Shown: positions 50,675 to 61,971, counted from the first letter of the stretch. The stretch: DNA of 64,000 bases from Gammaproteobacteria bacterium (GCA_022822625.1 JAJEAV010000026.1:17138-81137), one strand, 5' to 3'. Program-made: numbers and translations. The notes: generated by a model not told the origin, from the sequence alone.

Positions 50675-51999
50675 CCTGTTTCGGTTTTGTTGGAGTGAAG
50701 GTATCGAGCCTTTATCAGATGTTTTTCAACGAGCGCAAAAACCCTCTCTACAGCCCCCTGATTGTTCTCGACAAAACGCTGTCCCTCGATGCCATAACTG
50801 TCTCGCAAGGCAGGGTCATTCAATAACCTGCTGACGGTTTCTGCCAGTTCATTCGAGCTCTCTACCTGCAATCCAGCACCTTGGGCGAGTATCTGGTCGG
50901 CTATTTTCTGAAAGTTGAACATATGTGGTCCGAATATGACCGGTACTCCAGCCGCAGAAGCCTCGAGAACGTTGTGACCACCGACAGGCACCAGGCTCCC
51001 GCCAATAAATGCTGCATCGGATGCACAGATCAACATGGGTAATTTTCCCATGGTATTGCCAATCATAATGTCTGCCTCATTGGGCAATGCATCCTTGAGG
51101 TCCGTTTCAAGTATCGCCCTAAATCCGCTATCGGCACACGTCCTCAGGAGTTCATCCGACCGCTCCGGATGTCGGGGAACCAGAATCAGGAGTACATCAG
51201 GGCAATTCTGCCTTATCTCGGCATGCGCATTCAGTATTTGCCCTTCTTCTCCAGAGTGAGTACTGCCGGCAATCCAGACTAGCCTTTTGGCTCCCAGACG
51301 ATTCCGCAAACTCAAGGCATTCTGTCTGGTCTCATTGCTGACAACCATGTCAAACTTGATATTGCCCGTGATGTGAACGACTTCTTTTCTTGCGCCTAGA
51401 CTGATCAGTCGTCCAGCATCCATTTGCGCCTGTGTAGCGATTTCATCCACATGGCTCAGGGAAGTGGAAATCAACCGTTTAAAATTGCGGTATCCACGAT
51501 AGGACTTTTCAGACAGTCGGGTATTCGCAAGGACAATCGATATCTGTTTTCTTGCACAAAATGCCAGATAGTTCGGCCAGATTTCCGTTTCCATGAATAT
51601 AGCCATTATGGGCTGTATGTTATTTACGAAACGTCTGACCGAACCGGGATAATCGTAGGGAAGATAGCAATGGAATATCCTGTCTCCCAGGCAATCGCTT
51701 GCCTGCCCAGCCCCGGTCGGGGTCATGGTGGTCAGCACAATCAGGAATTCCGGAAATTTTTCCTGAATTCTGCCAACCAACGGTATTGCGGCATTGACCT
51801 CACCAACAGAAACAGCATGAATCCAGATGCGAGGCCGATCTGCCCTGTTATGAGTCAAATCCGAAATTTTCAGTCCATATCCGAAACGCTGCGGCAAACG
51901 ATCAAGATATTTCCTGTCTCTCGAGATTCTGAGAAGCAATTTAAGACACAGAATCGGACCCAGAAGGTACAGGGCAATGCTATATATGGTACGGGTCAT
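50671..51999 (-). CDS. waaA: Kdo transferase
   Basis: WIHAVSVGE, TMTPTG, ETEIWPN, GSTH, PRHPER and GGHNVLE. Confidence 0.96.
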   Translation of the reverse strand: MTRTIYSIALYLLGPILCLKLLLRISRDRKYLDRLPQRFGYGLKISDLTHNRADRPRIWIHAVSVGEVNAAIPLVGRIQEKFPEFLIVLTTMTPTGAGQASDCLGDRIFHCYLPYDYPGSVRRFVNNIQPIMAIFMETEIWPNYLAFCARKQISIVLANTRLSEKSYRGYRNFKRLISTSLSHVDEIATQAQMDAGRLISLGARKEVVHITGNIKFDMVVSNETRQNALSLRNRLGAKRLVWIAGSTHSGEEGQILNAHAEIRQNCPDVLLILVPRHPERSDELLRTCADSGFRAILETDLKDALPNEADIMIGNTMGKLPMLICASDAAFIGGSLVPVGGHNVLEASAAGVPVIFGPHMFNFQKIADQILAQGAGLQVESSNELAETVSRLLNDPALRDSYGIEGQRFVENNQGAVERVFALVEKHLIKARYLHSNKTETG

Positions 52000-52030
52000 G
52001 GAAATGACCGGAAATTCATGACTATGGTGA

Positions 52031-52945
52031 TCATGATAACCAGTCCCTGGCGGTCAGATAGTATTCGGTCAAACGTTTCTCTTCACTGCCGGATACGGAC
52101 TCCCATTGATATTTCCACTGAACATGGGGAGGCAATGACATCAAGATCGATTCTATTCTGCCCCCGGATTGTAGTCCGAACAATGTCCCCCGATCATAGA
52201 CCAGGTTGAATTCCACATAACGACCCCGTCGATATGTCTGAAAATCCCGATGCGAAGAATCCCACGCTAGATCTTTTCTCCTTTCGAAAATTGGCATATA
52301 TGCTTTAAGAAAACTGTCCCCAACGGATTTCATCAGGGCAAAGGAGTGAAGGAATCCCCCCTGATTGAAGTCATCAAAAAATATTCCGCCAATACCGCGC
52401 GCCTCCTTGCGATGTTCAAGATAGAAGTATTCATCACATTGTTTCTTGAATTGGGGATAAATGTCATCACCAAATGGGCTACAGGCAGACTTTGCTGTGG
52501 TATGCCAGTGAACACAATCTTCCTCAAACCCGTAGTATGGAGTCAGATCATAGCCTCCCCCAAACCACCAGGTTGCCTGCTCGGGATTTTTTCCAGCGAT
52601 AAGGAAACGAACATTCATGTGGCAGGTGGGAACAAAGGGATTCACCGGATGCAGTACCAGAGATATGCCCGTAGCCTCAAATGGTAGTCCGGCAATCGAC
52701 TGTCGGTGCGATGATGCTGAAGCAGGAAGTTGATCCCCTCGCACATGGGAAAAATTCACACCACCTTTCTCAAGATACTGCCCGTTCTGAATCACTCGAG
52801 TAATTCCCCCTCCACCCTGTTCATGTTCCCATGAATCGACCCGGAAATCCTGTACCGGTTCAACAGAGTTGAATTGATCACAAATATTGATCTGCAAGTT
52901 TTTCAGATACTCGATGACAGATTCAATATCCGGAGTGCTGTCCAT
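52031..52945 (-). CDS. hemF: Oxygen-dependent coproporphyrinogen III oxidase
   Basis: [29 protein letters not shown] and [23 protein letters not shown]. Confidence 0.97.
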   Translation of the reverse strand: MDSTPDIESVIEYLKNLQINICDQFNSVEPVQDFRVDSWEHEQGGGGITRVIQNGQYLEKGGVNFSHVRGDQLPASASSHRQSIAGLPFEATGISLVLHPVNPFVPTCHMNVRFLIAGKNPEQATWWFGGGYDLTPYYGFEEDCVHWHTTAKSACSPFGDDIYPQFKKQCDEYFYLEHRKEARGIGGIFFDDFNQGGFLHSFALMKSVGDSFLKAYMPIFERRKDLAWDSSHRDFQTYRRGRYVEFNLVYDRGTLFGLQSGGRIESILMSLPPHVQWKYQWESVSGSEEKRLTEYYLTARDWLS

Positions 52946-52958
52946 GAACTGTCAACCC

Positions 52959-53513
52959 CTAAAACCGAATCGTACTGCCGTCCAGTCCATTACGAATCAC
53001 TGATGGAGTACGGTGATGCCCAATCCGTCCCTTGACAACCCCGTCAACATCATCCTTGAATTCGTCCAGCACCGTTTTTTGCAGGCGGTGAGGTAACTGG
53101 GATGAACGATTTGCGCTGGTAGAAACGATTGCCATGCTGGCCTGCTGGCAAAGCATTCGAACTACCGGGTGACTGGATACCCGGAGTGCTATATTTTGAT
53201 GGTCCCCACGTATCAGTCGGGGGACATTTGTTCGAACTGGCAAGAGCCAGGTCACCGGGCCCGGCCAGCTTGCCATGATTTCCTCTCGAGTGGATTTCGG
53301 CAAACAAGTGAAATACGGCTCAACCCGTTTGATGTGATCGCTAATCAAAATCAGTCCTTTACTGAAATGCCGCCTCTTAATTGACAGAATTCTGTTGACG
53401 GCCTGCGCATCCATTGGATTGCAACCCAATCCGTAGCAACCTTCCGTGGGATAGGCAATCACTCCGCCATGGCGAACAATTTCAGCTCCTTTTGCTATTG
53501 AAACAAGGCTCAA
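52959..53513 (-). CDS. tsaC: L-threonylcarbamoyladenylate synthase (YrdC/Sua5)
   Basis: IAYPTEGCYGLGC, K.R...KGLI, WPGP.T and STSAN. Confidence 0.94.
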   Translation of the reverse strand: MSLVSIAKGAEIVRHGGVIAYPTEGCYGLGCNPMDAQAVNRILSIKRRHFSKGLILISDHIKRVEPYFTCLPKSTREEIMASWPGPVTWLLPVRTNVPRLIRGDHQNIALRVSSHPVVRMLCQQASMAIVSTSANRSSQLPHRLQKTVLDEFKDDVDGVVKGRIGHHRTPSVIRNGLDGSTIRF

Positions 53514-54019
53514 CGGCGATCGATTTCTTCTTGCAGGGCCTGATCCTTGTCAGTGATTTCCCTGACGCTTTTTTCCCGTTGATCACGCACATTTTTGGCA
53601 ATGTCAGGATGGGCTATGCCAATAATCTGTGCGGCCAGAAAACCTGCATTTTTTGCTCCTGCCTTTCCGATCGCGACGCATGCGACCGGTATGCCGCCTG
53701 GCATCTGGACTGTGGAGAGCAAGGCGTCATAACCATTTAATGGCCCTCCTTCCATGGGCACTCCAATAACTGGACGAACGGTCAGGCTTGCAACGACCCC
53801 ACCAAGGTGGGCAGCGAGTCCTGCAGCTGAAATAAATACGGCACAGCCTCGTTTCTCAGCACTTTTGATTATTTCGTGAGTTCTCTCTGGCGTGCGGTGT
53901 GCAGATGTAACATGCGCCTCCCAGCGAACACCCAACTCATCCAACACATCAAAGGTTGACTTCATTACCGGCAGGTCTGAATCAGACCCCATTACTATAC
54001 AAACAAACGGGTTGCTCAT
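53510..54019 (-). CDS. purE: N5-CAIR mutase PurE
   Basis: MGSDSD, SAHRTP, AAGLAAHL, PVIGVP and VQMPGG.PVA. Confidence 0.95.
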   Translation of the reverse strand: MSNPFVCIVMGSDSDLPVMKSTFDVLDELGVRWEAHVTSAHRTPERTHEIIKSAEKRGCAVFISAAGLAAHLGGVVASLTVRPVIGVPMEGGPLNGYDALLSTVQMPGGIPVACVAIGKAGAKNAGFLAAQIIGIAHPDIAKNVRDQREKSVREITDKDQALQEEIDRR

Positions 54020-54081
54020 CTTGTTCTATTTTTCCTCATAATTGTAAAAGGCGTCAATCGAGTAATACCAAGTTCATGATT

Positions 54082-55389
54082 TCAATCAACGGAATATTCA
54101 TTCGAAGTCTGGCATCGATAGACAGCACGATACCCGATATCATCGCGATGCCAGCCCCCTTGCCATTTTATCGAAGATGCAGCCCTGTAGGCATCCTTCT
54201 GCGCTTCGACAATGTTTCTTGCCAGTGCCGTGATACACAGCACTCGTCCACCACTGGTCGTAACCTTCCCGCCTATTAGTCTAGTGCCCGCATGAAAGAC
54301 CTTGGTATTGTTATCGGATGCTGTTTCGAGTCCATCGATTCGATGTCCTTTCTCATAATCACCCGGATATCCCCGTGATGCCATAACAACCCCCAGGGCA
54401 TTTTGGGGGAACCACTCTGCTTCAGTCTCGCCAAGTTGACCTTCCAATGCGGCCATACATAATGTCACCAAATCAGATTTCAAGCGCATCATGATTACCT
54501 GCGATTCCGGATCCCCCATTCGACAATTGAATTCAAGCACATTGGGGATACCGTCCTGAATCATGATCCCTGCATACAGGAAACCCGTATAGGAGATGCC
54601 ATCTTCAACGAGTCCATTTATGGTAGGTTTGATGACCCGCTCAATTACGGTCTCACGCATTTGGGAGTCAATCACGGGAGCCGGAGAATAAGCGCCCATG
54701 CCCCCCGTATTGGGACCGGTATCGCCGTTATAAGCGGCCTTGTGATCCTGACTAGAGGCCATGACCAGGAAATCTTGCCCATTCACCATGCATATGAAGC
54801 TCGCTTCTTCGCCATGCAGGAATTCTTCTATGACAATTTTCTCACCTGCCCCGTCAAAAGCCTTACCCGAGAGCATCTCTTCAATACACTGTTCAGCCTG
54901 ACTCATATCCTGACAAATCACGACACCTTTGCCGGCAGCCAATCCATCTGCCTTGATCACCAGGGGAAAGTCCTGATACTTGAGGTAATCCCTGGCTTCC
55001 TCAAGATCAGAAAAAGACCGAAACCATGCAGTCGGAATTTTATGACGGGTCATGAAATCCTTTGAAAACTCCTTTGAACCTTCCAGCCTGGCGGCATTCT
55101 GCGTAGGTCCAAAACAGGATATCCCGGCTTCCCTGAACTGATCAACGATGCCACCAACCAAGACATCTTCTGGTCCGACTATGACAAGGTCGATCTGTTC
55201 ATGAAGGGCAAATGTCAGCAATCCCTCGAAATCCGATGGTTGCAGGGGGACATTCGTGGTCTTTTTCTCCAGGGCTGTGCCGGCATTGCCCGGTGCCACA
55301 AAAACCGCGGAGACATCAGGCGATAATGATGCCTTCCATGCCAGGGCATGTTCTCGTCCCCCCGAGCCGATCACAAGAACCTTCTTCAC
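54082..55389 (-). CDS. purD: Phosphoribosylamine--glycine ligase
   Basis: GSGGREHAL, KADGLAAGKGV, QDHK, GPNTGGMG and EFNCRMGDPE. Confidence 0.97.
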   Translation of the reverse strand: MKKVLVIGSGGREHALAWKASLSPDVSAVFVAPGNAGTALEKKTTNVPLQPSDFEGLLTFALHEQIDLVIVGPEDVLVGGIVDQFREAGISCFGPTQNAARLEGSKEFSKDFMTRHKIPTAWFRSFSDLEEARDYLKYQDFPLVIKADGLAAGKGVVICQDMSQAEQCIEEMLSGKAFDGAGEKIVIEEFLHGEEASFICMVNGQDFLVMASSQDHKAAYNGDTGPNTGGMGAYSPAPVIDSQMRETVIERVIKPTINGLVEDGISYTGFLYAGIMIQDGIPNVLEFNCRMGDPESQVIMMRLKSDLVTLCMAALEGQLGETEAEWFPQNALGVVMASRGYPGDYEKGHRIDGLETASDNNTKVFHAGTRLIGGKVTTSGGRVLCITALARNIVEAQKDAYRAASSIKWQGGWHRDDIGYRAVYRCQTSNEYSVD

Positions 55390-55407
55390 TACATATACCC
55401 GTTATGG

Positions 55408-56997
55408 CTAATGTCTGAAATGGCGTATGCCTGTAAGGATCATGGCTATATTGTGTTCGTTGGCCGCTTCAATCACCTCATTGTCACGCACTGACCCGCC
55501 GGGTTGGATGATTGCCCTGATTCCGGATCTGGCTGCATTATCGATCCCGTCACGAAACGGAAAAAATGCATCGGATGACATTACGGCTCCATGAATGTCA
55601 AGGCCTGACTGTTCGGCCTTGATTCCAGCAATACGTGCGGAATTTACGCGACTCATCTGTCCTGCACCAACCCCCAGAGTCGTGTGATTTGCGGCATAGA
55701 CAATCGCGTTTGACTTGACAAATTTGGCGACTTTCCAGGCGAACAGTAAATCCTGGCTTTCATGTTCAGTTGGCGAGCGTTCGGTTACACATTCGAATTT
55801 GTCAAACAGCTGAATGTCTGGTGTCTGTACCAGCAGGCCACCAATGACTTTTTTCATGTCCATTTGCTGATCCAGGCGATCAGCATTATCCAGATTGCCT
55901 AATTGAAGTATACGAATTGATGGCTTGGTCTCTAGAATTTCAACTGCATCGGATGTAACGTGAGGGGCTACGATGACCTCAACAAACTGCCGGTCAACAA
56001 TGGTTGATGCGGTGTCTCGATCAAGTTCGCAATTAAACGCAATAATGCCGCCAAAAGCGGATTCCGGATCTGTCTGATATGCCCGTTCATAGGCATCATG
56101 AATCGATCTGGCTACGGCCACACCACAAGGATTGGCGTGTTTTACAATCACGCAGGCAGGGGCTTCATTAAACTGCAGAACACACTCAATCGCAGCATCT
56201 GCATCCGCAATATTGTTATAGGACAACTTTTTGCCCTGTACGAGCTGGGCAGTCGATACACCAGGAACGGAATGGTCGGGGTCGACATAAAAACCTGCCT
56301 GCTGATGTGGGTTTTCTCCGTATCGCAATGTCTGTTTCAGAGTGTAGTGGGGTCGCAAAACCGGGGGGAATAATGAGCTTGGCTGAGTTGAATCATGGGT
56401 CAGGTAATCGGTGATGGCCTGGTCATAGCGGCTCGTATGCGAAAACACTTTTGCGGCAAGATTTCGGCGGAGATTTTCCGAGGTTTGTCCGGTATTCCCA
56501 CGCATCTCGGACATGACTTTTTCATAATCCGAACTATCCGTTACCACTGTGACATACTGATGGTTCTTGGCCGCAGAACGAAGCATTGCCGGGCCACCAA
56601 TATCGATATTTTCAATTGCGTCTTCGAATGTACAGTCAGGATTGTCTACAGTTTTTTTAAATGGATAGAGATTGACCACGACCAGGTCAATCTCGGAAAT
56701 CATGCAACGCTCCATCTCTTCCCGGTCCAGATCTCTGCGTGACAGGATTCCACCGTGAATTTTTGGATGCAGGGTTTTGACACGCCCCCCCATAATCTCG
56801 GAAAAGCCAGTATATTCATCCACTCCGATAACCGGGATATCATGTTGTTCAAGATGTGATTGAGTGCCACCTGTTGAGAGAATCTCAACGTCCTGACTGA
56901 CAAGAAACCGGGCGAACGGAATCAGCCCATCCTTGTCCGAAACGCTGATCAAGGCCCGTTTAATTGGCCTGATCACTTGAATTCCACTTGAATTCAT
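55408..56997 (-). CDS. purH: Bifunctional AICAR transformylase/IMP cyclohydrolase
   Basis: [38 protein letters not shown] and SDAFFPF. Confidence 0.97.
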   Translation of the reverse strand: MNSSGIQVIRPIKRALISVSDKDGLIPFARFLVSQDVEILSTGGTQSHLEQHDIPVIGVDEYTGFSEIMGGRVKTLHPKIHGGILSRRDLDREEMERCMISEIDLVVVNLYPFKKTVDNPDCTFEDAIENIDIGGPAMLRSAAKNHQYVTVVTDSSDYEKVMSEMRGNTGQTSENLRRNLAAKVFSHTSRYDQAITDYLTHDSTQPSSLFPPVLRPHYTLKQTLRYGENPHQQAGFYVDPDHSVPGVSTAQLVQGKKLSYNNIADADAAIECVLQFNEAPACVIVKHANPCGVAVARSIHDAYERAYQTDPESAFGGIIAFNCELDRDTASTIVDRQFVEVIVAPHVTSDAVEILETKPSIRILQLGNLDNADRLDQQMDMKKVIGGLLVQTPDIQLFDKFECVTERSPTEHESQDLLFAWKVAKFVKSNAIVYAANHTTLGVGAGQMSRVNSARIAGIKAEQSGLDIHGAVMSSDAFFPFRDGIDNAARSGIRAIIQPGGSVRDNEVIEAANEHNIAMILTGIRHFRH

Positions 56998-57021
56998 ATT
57001 TCAGGCATACAGAATGATTTT

Positions 57022-57255
57022 TCAGGAGAGATCATATTTTTTAAGTTTGCGATGGAGCGTATTTCGATTGATTCCAAGGATACGGGCGGCCCGTGTCTGG
57101 TTATGATCAACGCGCTCCATGACTGATTCCAGCAATGCTTTTTCGACTTCTCCGAGTACCATTCCATGAAGATTACACAGTAATTTGTCGTACGACTGCT
57201 CCATATAGTCGTCAAGCGCATGCTTGATTTGATCTTTAATCATGGGCAAATCCAT
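57022..57255 (-). CDS. fis: Fis family DNA-binding protein
   Basis: VLGEVEKALL and NQTRAARILGINRNTL.RKLKKY; upstream of purH. Confidence 0.88.
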   Translation of the reverse strand: MDLPMIKDQIKHALDDYMEQSYDKLLCNLHGMVLGEVEKALLESVMERVDHNQTRAARILGINRNTLHRKLKKYDLS

Positions 57256-57574
57256 TTGTATCGTTCATCTGTGGATGGATATTTGATCTTTCGGCGCGAT
57301 GGATGGAAATAATCGAAAGTCTTTAGATTATATCCGTGAATGAGTCAGCAAAGAGTTGGCTGTCAACGAAGAACAGCCGATATTTTCAAGGAGCATGAAT
57401 TTCATGCTGCCCTGCCCTCAATCGCCGGACTGGATATCATTGTGTAGCGCCAGACACGAATTTTGGCAGACAGCTGACACGCTTCGATAATATCCGAAAA
57501 AACAGGGCAGAGGAACTCGGTGCTGTATTCAGGCAGTTTCCAGATGATTTTGACACACCATGCAGGCAACGTCA

Positions 57575-58714
57575 TTACGCATCATTAACTACATCGACCG
57601 CAAACCCATAGGCATTTTCATGTGGTTTTGCGAGATCCAGATTGACCGAAGATAGACGATCGGATTTCATTTTGTTTTCAACATCATCCTGCAGATAAAC
57701 CGAAGGTTCATAAATCCTCTTGCCGACAATCCGGCCGAATTTGTCCGTGAGAGTCAGTTGTAGTTCTGGATAAGGTTGTGCATGTCTGGCTTCATTGATC
57801 AGTCTGACCTGAATTCTGACAGCACCGGGCTGGCTAGGATGGAGTGCGATACTGGTATGCATGAGTTTCAGGTTTTCAACATCCTTGAACAAGGGAAGCT
57901 CGCATTGAACAACCAGACAAAACGTTTCGAGATAGGGGCGATATTTTGTGGTTTGCGCATATTTCGGCACCACAAATGACTCTATTTGGGCCACCAGAAT
58001 AAACAGGAATGCAATGCATACAACACTCCATACGATGACTGATGCAGGATTTCCCCGATCTGCGATAAGACTGGTAACCTGGCTTTTTTGCTGATGTATT
58101 CGATCAAGACCGTATGAGCTTGCAGGAGATGCATTTGCGCGCTTTTTCAGTCGCTTTTTTCCGATCTTTTCGAATCCGGAAGGCATTCGATTATCGGGCG
58201 ATTTATCCTGTGGCCTTTCACGGTAGTCCCGATTGGAAAGTGGGCGGTCATTCCGTTCTTCCACAAGTGAGTCTGTCCATCTGCCCACCTCAGAATCCTG
58301 ATTAGGCAACTCATCCGGCTCAGCTTGTACATTATCCGTGATTGGGACAGCCGGGTCCCGAAGATAGGGGGGCCTGTTCCTTTGCGTTTTCTTGTCAGGT
58401 CTTGACTCGATTTTCAGATTCAGTGATTCATCCTGACCGAATTCATCGCTGACTTCTGTCATGGGACTCTTGTCAGAAGCACGCTGCCCCCGGAGTGTAA
58501 TCCGAGGCGGTAACGAGTTGTCCGATGATTCAAGAGAAGAATGAATCCCAACATCGGGGATAAACCTGTTCTCCACGCGAATAACGCGATTAAGGCGTGC
58601 ATCAAACATCTCACCGCAATTTCCGCAAATTACCTTGGATAGGCTCTGGCGAAGAATAAATACGGATTCGCAGAATGGACAGCTACAGTAATTCTTTTTA
58701 TCCATATTTAACAT
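57575..58714 (-). CDS. Zinc-ribbon and DUF3426-like membrane protein
   Basis: N-terminal CPFC...CGNC zinc ribbon, long disordered linker, TM helix, C...C.LP and N.A..AQPYP.L.L...D; usual position downstream of prmA. Confidence 0.8.
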   Translation of the reverse strand: MLNMDKKNYCSCPFCESVFILRQSLSKVICGNCGEMFDARLNRVIRVENRFIPDVGIHSSLESSDNSLPPRITLRGQRASDKSPMTEVSDEFGQDESLNLKIESRPDKKTQRNRPPYLRDPAVPITDNVQAEPDELPNQDSEVGRWTDSLVEERNDRPLSNRDYRERPQDKSPDNRMPSGFEKIGKKRLKKRANASPASSYGLDRIHQQKSQVTSLIADRGNPASVIVWSVVCIAFLFILVAQIESFVVPKYAQTTKYRPYLETFCLVVQCELPLFKDVENLKLMHTSIALHPSQPGAVRIQVRLINEARHAQPYPELQLTLTDKFGRIVGKRIYEPSVYLQDDVENKMKSDRLSSVNLDLAKPHENAYGFAVDVVNDA

Positions 58715-58768
58715 GAAAATTAAAGTTCAAAATATTGATATTACTATAATTATATAAATAGACTCTGG

Positions 58769-59683
58769 TCATTGCTGATCTCGTCTGGTCCCAATGAGGG
58801 CCACCCAGTCTCCACGCTGAAAAACCGAAAATTCAAATGCGTTCTGATAAGCGTCTGAAACAGACTGACTCTGGCTGGCCAGGATTCCCGAGAGGATCAG
58901 TGTACCCTGATCAGCCACCAGGTCATTCAATGTCTGCGAATGCTCGATGAGGGTGCTGGTCAGAATATTTGCAACTACGATATTGTGCTTTTCCGGTCGC
59001 AAATCCCGGGTATTCAGAAATTCTTCCAGCAGGAAAGCCTGGAATCGTCTTTCGACATTGTTTTGTTTGGCATTCTGGTTAGCAACCGCTATCGCAACAG
59101 GATCAATATCCACGCCAATTGAGTAGCGAGCCCCCAGAATACAGGACACAATGCCCAAGACACCTGTACCACAACCGAAATCGACCACGCTCACATTTTC
59201 AAGTGCCTGATTGGCCAGTGCCTCAAGACAAAGATATGTTGTTTCATGGCTGCCTGTACCAAAAGCAAGTCCAGGGTCAACATGGACAATATGTGGATAC
59301 TTGTGGTCTTCTGGTTTATCCCAGGTTGGACCTATCCATATATAGTCATTGATTATGGTAGGATGAATGTGTTTCTTCCATTCCTCGTCCCAGTTACGAA
59401 CGCCCAGTTCCTGGAATTTCAGGGAATCACTGAACGGGAATCCAGTGAGACCGGATTCAATCTTCCTGATGGATTCCGGGTTCAGGGTTGTCGGATCAAA
59501 TAGAGCCGATAGCCTTACGACTTCCCAGGACAGACTGCGATGATCTTCTTCGAGATGAATTTTCCGGTCGGCACCTTCAACTGTGATTGAACAGGCACCG
59601 GCTTCTAATAACAATGCCTCAATCTGGCTTGAATCGGATTTTTGCGTGAGGCGGGAAAATTCGATGTAGTCAGTCAACGTCAA
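58769..59683 (-). CDS. prmA: Ribosomal protein L11 methyltransferase
   Basis: DPGLAFGTGSHETT, DFGCGTGVL, DIDP.A, VANI and LSGIL. Confidence 0.95.
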   Translation of the reverse strand: MTLTDYIEFSRLTQKSDSSQIEALLLEAGACSITVEGADRKIHLEEDHRSLSWEVVRLSALFDPTTLNPESIRKIESGLTGFPFSDSLKFQELGVRNWDEEWKKHIHPTIINDYIWIGPTWDKPEDHKYPHIVHVDPGLAFGTGSHETTYLCLEALANQALENVSVVDFGCGTGVLGIVSCILGARYSIGVDIDPVAIAVANQNAKQNNVERRFQAFLLEEFLNTRDLRPEKHNIVVANILTSTLIEHSQTLNDLVADQGTLILSGILASQSQSVSDAYQNAFEFSVFQRGDWVALIGTRRDQQ

Positions 59684-61022
59684 TCTGGTTCTTGAGAAAG
59701 TGAATATCGCACCCTCCTTGCTGAAACCCCTGATTCCGGAGTATGGACTGGTGCATTGGAATATTGGTCTTGATGCCCTCCACCTGCATTTCCTGCAATG
59801 CCCCTGACATTCTGGCCATTGCCTCTTTCCGGTTTCTACCGTGAGTAATGACCTTGCCGATCAAGGAGTCATAAAACGGGGGCACATTGTAGTTTGTATA
59901 GGCATGTGAATCCACTCTTACACCGGGGCCTCCAGGGATATGTATACGAGCTATCCGACCCGGTGACGGGATAAATGTTTCAGGATCCTCGGCATTGATC
60001 CTGCACTCAATTGCATGCCCAGTAAAGCCTACATCCTGCTGGCCAAAACCAAGTTCATTTCCATCTGCGACCAGAATCTGCTCCTGCACAAGGTCAATAC
60101 CGGTTACCAGCTCGGTCACCGGATGTTCAACCTGGATTCGGGTATTCATTTCAATAAAGTAGAATTGCCCGTCCTGAAACAGGAATTCAAAGGTTCCCAC
60201 TCCCTTGTATTGCATCTGTTTACAGGTATTCACGCAAATCTCGCCAATTTCCGATCGCTGTTCATCGGATATTCCGGGTGCCAGTGATTCTTCAATGACC
60301 TTCTGGTACCGCCTCTGGATTGAGCAGTCGCGATCCCCCAGATGCAGGACATTTCCGTACTGGTCAGCCAGAACCTGAATTTCAATATGTCGCGGTGATT
60401 GCAGATAACGCTCCATGTAAAGCGAATCATTGCCAAAAGCAGCCAGTGCTTCTTTTGAAGTTAACTCAACTGCTTCAAGCAAATCCTGTTCCCGTAACAC
60501 CTGACGCATGCCCTTGCCTCCTCCTCCTCCGCTGGCTTTCAGTAACAGTGGATAGCCGATCTGACTAGCGAGAATGATCAATTCATCCCGGTTTTGGGGA
60601 ATCGTTCCGTTGGACCCGGGGATACATGGCACACCCATATTCCGCATGGTTGTGATCGCAGTAATTTTGTCGCCCATAGTACGAATGGTTTCGGGGTTGG
60701 GACCCACAAAAATGAAGTTGCTTTGTTCAACCTGTTCGGCAAAATCAGCATTTTCCGACAGAAAGCCATAACCCGGATGGATCGCATTTGCATCTGTAAC
60801 TTCTGCTGCCGCGATCACGGACGCCATATTGAGATAGCTGTCGCGGGCTGATGGAGGTCCGATGCAAACCGATTCGTCGGCCAGACGTACATACTTGGCA
60901 TCATGGTCTGCCTCGGAATGCAGTGCAACAGTCAGAATATCCAGTTGCCTGCAAGCCCTCAGAATCCGAAGCGCAATTTCGCCCCGGTTTGCGATTACCA
61001 ACTTACGAATCCGGCGATTCAT
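59670..61022 (-). CDS. accC: Acetyl-CoA carboxylase, biotin carboxylase subunit
   Basis: IANRGEIA, HPGYGFLSEN, GGGGKGM and EMNTRIQVEHPVTE. Confidence 0.97.
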   Translation of the reverse strand: MNRRIRKLVIANRGEIALRILRACRQLDILTVALHSEADHDAKYVRLADESVCIGPPSARDSYLNMASVIAAAEVTDANAIHPGYGFLSENADFAEQVEQSNFIFVGPNPETIRTMGDKITAITTMRNMGVPCIPGSNGTIPQNRDELIILASQIGYPLLLKASGGGGGKGMRQVLREQDLLEAVELTSKEALAAFGNDSLYMERYLQSPRHIEIQVLADQYGNVLHLGDRDCSIQRRYQKVIEESLAPGISDEQRSEIGEICVNTCKQMQYKGVGTFEFLFQDGQFYFIEMNTRIQVEHPVTELVTGIDLVQEQILVADGNELGFGQQDVGFTGHAIECRINAEDPETFIPSPGRIARIHIPGGPGVRVDSHAYTNYNVPPFYDSLIGKVITHGRNRKEAMARMSGALQEMQVEGIKTNIPMHQSILRNQGFQQGGCDIHFLKNQIDVD

Positions 61023-61042
61023 GGTCGGGGCGCTTGGGGTGA

Positions 61043-61486
61043 CTAGCTGGGATCAATGATGAAAAGCGTTTCACCATACTCCACCGGATCACCGGAAGAT
61101 TTAAGCACAGTAACAACGGTGCCCGATATCTCGCTTTTCACTTGATTAAACGTTTTCATTGCTTCCAGTATACAAAGCGTATCACTCGGATTAACCACTG
61201 AACCAACCTGGACAAAAGGTTCGGCCTCCGGTTCTGATGAAGCGAAGAATGTACCGACCATTGGCGATGTCACTGCAAAACCACCCTTGTGATCTTCATT
61301 GAATGCAGGTTCCGCACTAATCGATTGTGGAGCGATGGTCTGACCTTGAGCTGGAGCGGCTACTACATGACCCGTCTCACCCGCTCTGCTTAGTCGTATC
61401 GTATCATCACCTTCCTTGATCTCAAGCTCACTCAGCTTTGATTTTTCCAGCAGATCGATGAGCTTTTTTATTTTCCGTAAATCCAT
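61043..61486 (-). CDS. accB: Biotin carboxyl carrier protein
   Basis: MDLRKIKKLI, SPMVGTF and EAMK biotinylation motif. Confidence 0.96.
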   Translation of the reverse strand: MDLRKIKKLIDLLEKSKLSELEIKEGDDTIRLSRAGETGHVVAAPAQGQTIAPQSISAEPAFNEDHKGGFAVTSPMVGTFFASSEPEAEPFVQVGSVVNPSDTLCILEAMKTFNQVKSEISGTVVTVLKSSGDPVEYGETLFIIDPS

Positions 61487-61488
61487 GA

Positions 61489-61971
61489 TTACTCGTTTTC
61501 AAACATGTCGGTCAGATTATCGGGGTCGTCAATCGCATCAAGGGAAGCAACAGCATACTGCAAGGCAAACATATATCCAGCAATTCCCATACCCGTGATC
61601 GTTGCATCCGCAATGTCCGACAGATAAGATTTGTGCCGAAATTTTTCCCGAGCAAAAATATTCGTTGCATGCACCTCTATAAAAGGCATTTCGGTCGCTA
61701 AAAATGCATCACGCAACGCAATACTGGTATGCGTGTATGCTCCCGGATTGATAATGACATAGTTGATCCCTTCTTCATCTGCCTGCTGAATCCAATCCAC
61801 CAGCTGGCCTTCAGAATTGCTTTGCTTGCATTCAAGATCAGTTTCCACCTTTTCTGCTTCCTCCAGTAAGGTATCTTCAAGCTCATTCAGAGTAATATAG
61901 CCGTAGAGGTCTGGTTCCCGGTGACCCAGCAGGTTCAGATTCGGACCGTTCAGTACTAGAAGTTTACGCAT
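61489..61971 (-). CDS. aroQ: Type II 3-dehydroquinate dehydratase
   Basis: LNGPNLNLLG.REP..YG, QSNSEG, NPGAYTHTS.ALRDA, EVH and REKFRH. Confidence 0.96.
   Translation of the reverse strand: MRKLLVLNGPNLNLLGHREPDLYGYITLNELEDTLLEEAEKVETDLECKQSNSEGQLVDWIQQADEEGINYVIINPGAYTHTSIALRDAFLATEMPFIEVHATNIFAREKFRHKSYLSDIADATITGMGIAGYMFALQYAVASLDAIDDPDNLTDMFENE

Noticed and set aside
51424-52209. 261-aa plus-strand ORF, and similar long antisense ORFs at 12942-13568 and 45641-46204
   Set aside because: Antisense shadows of well-supported genes (waaA/hemF, ychF, mutS).
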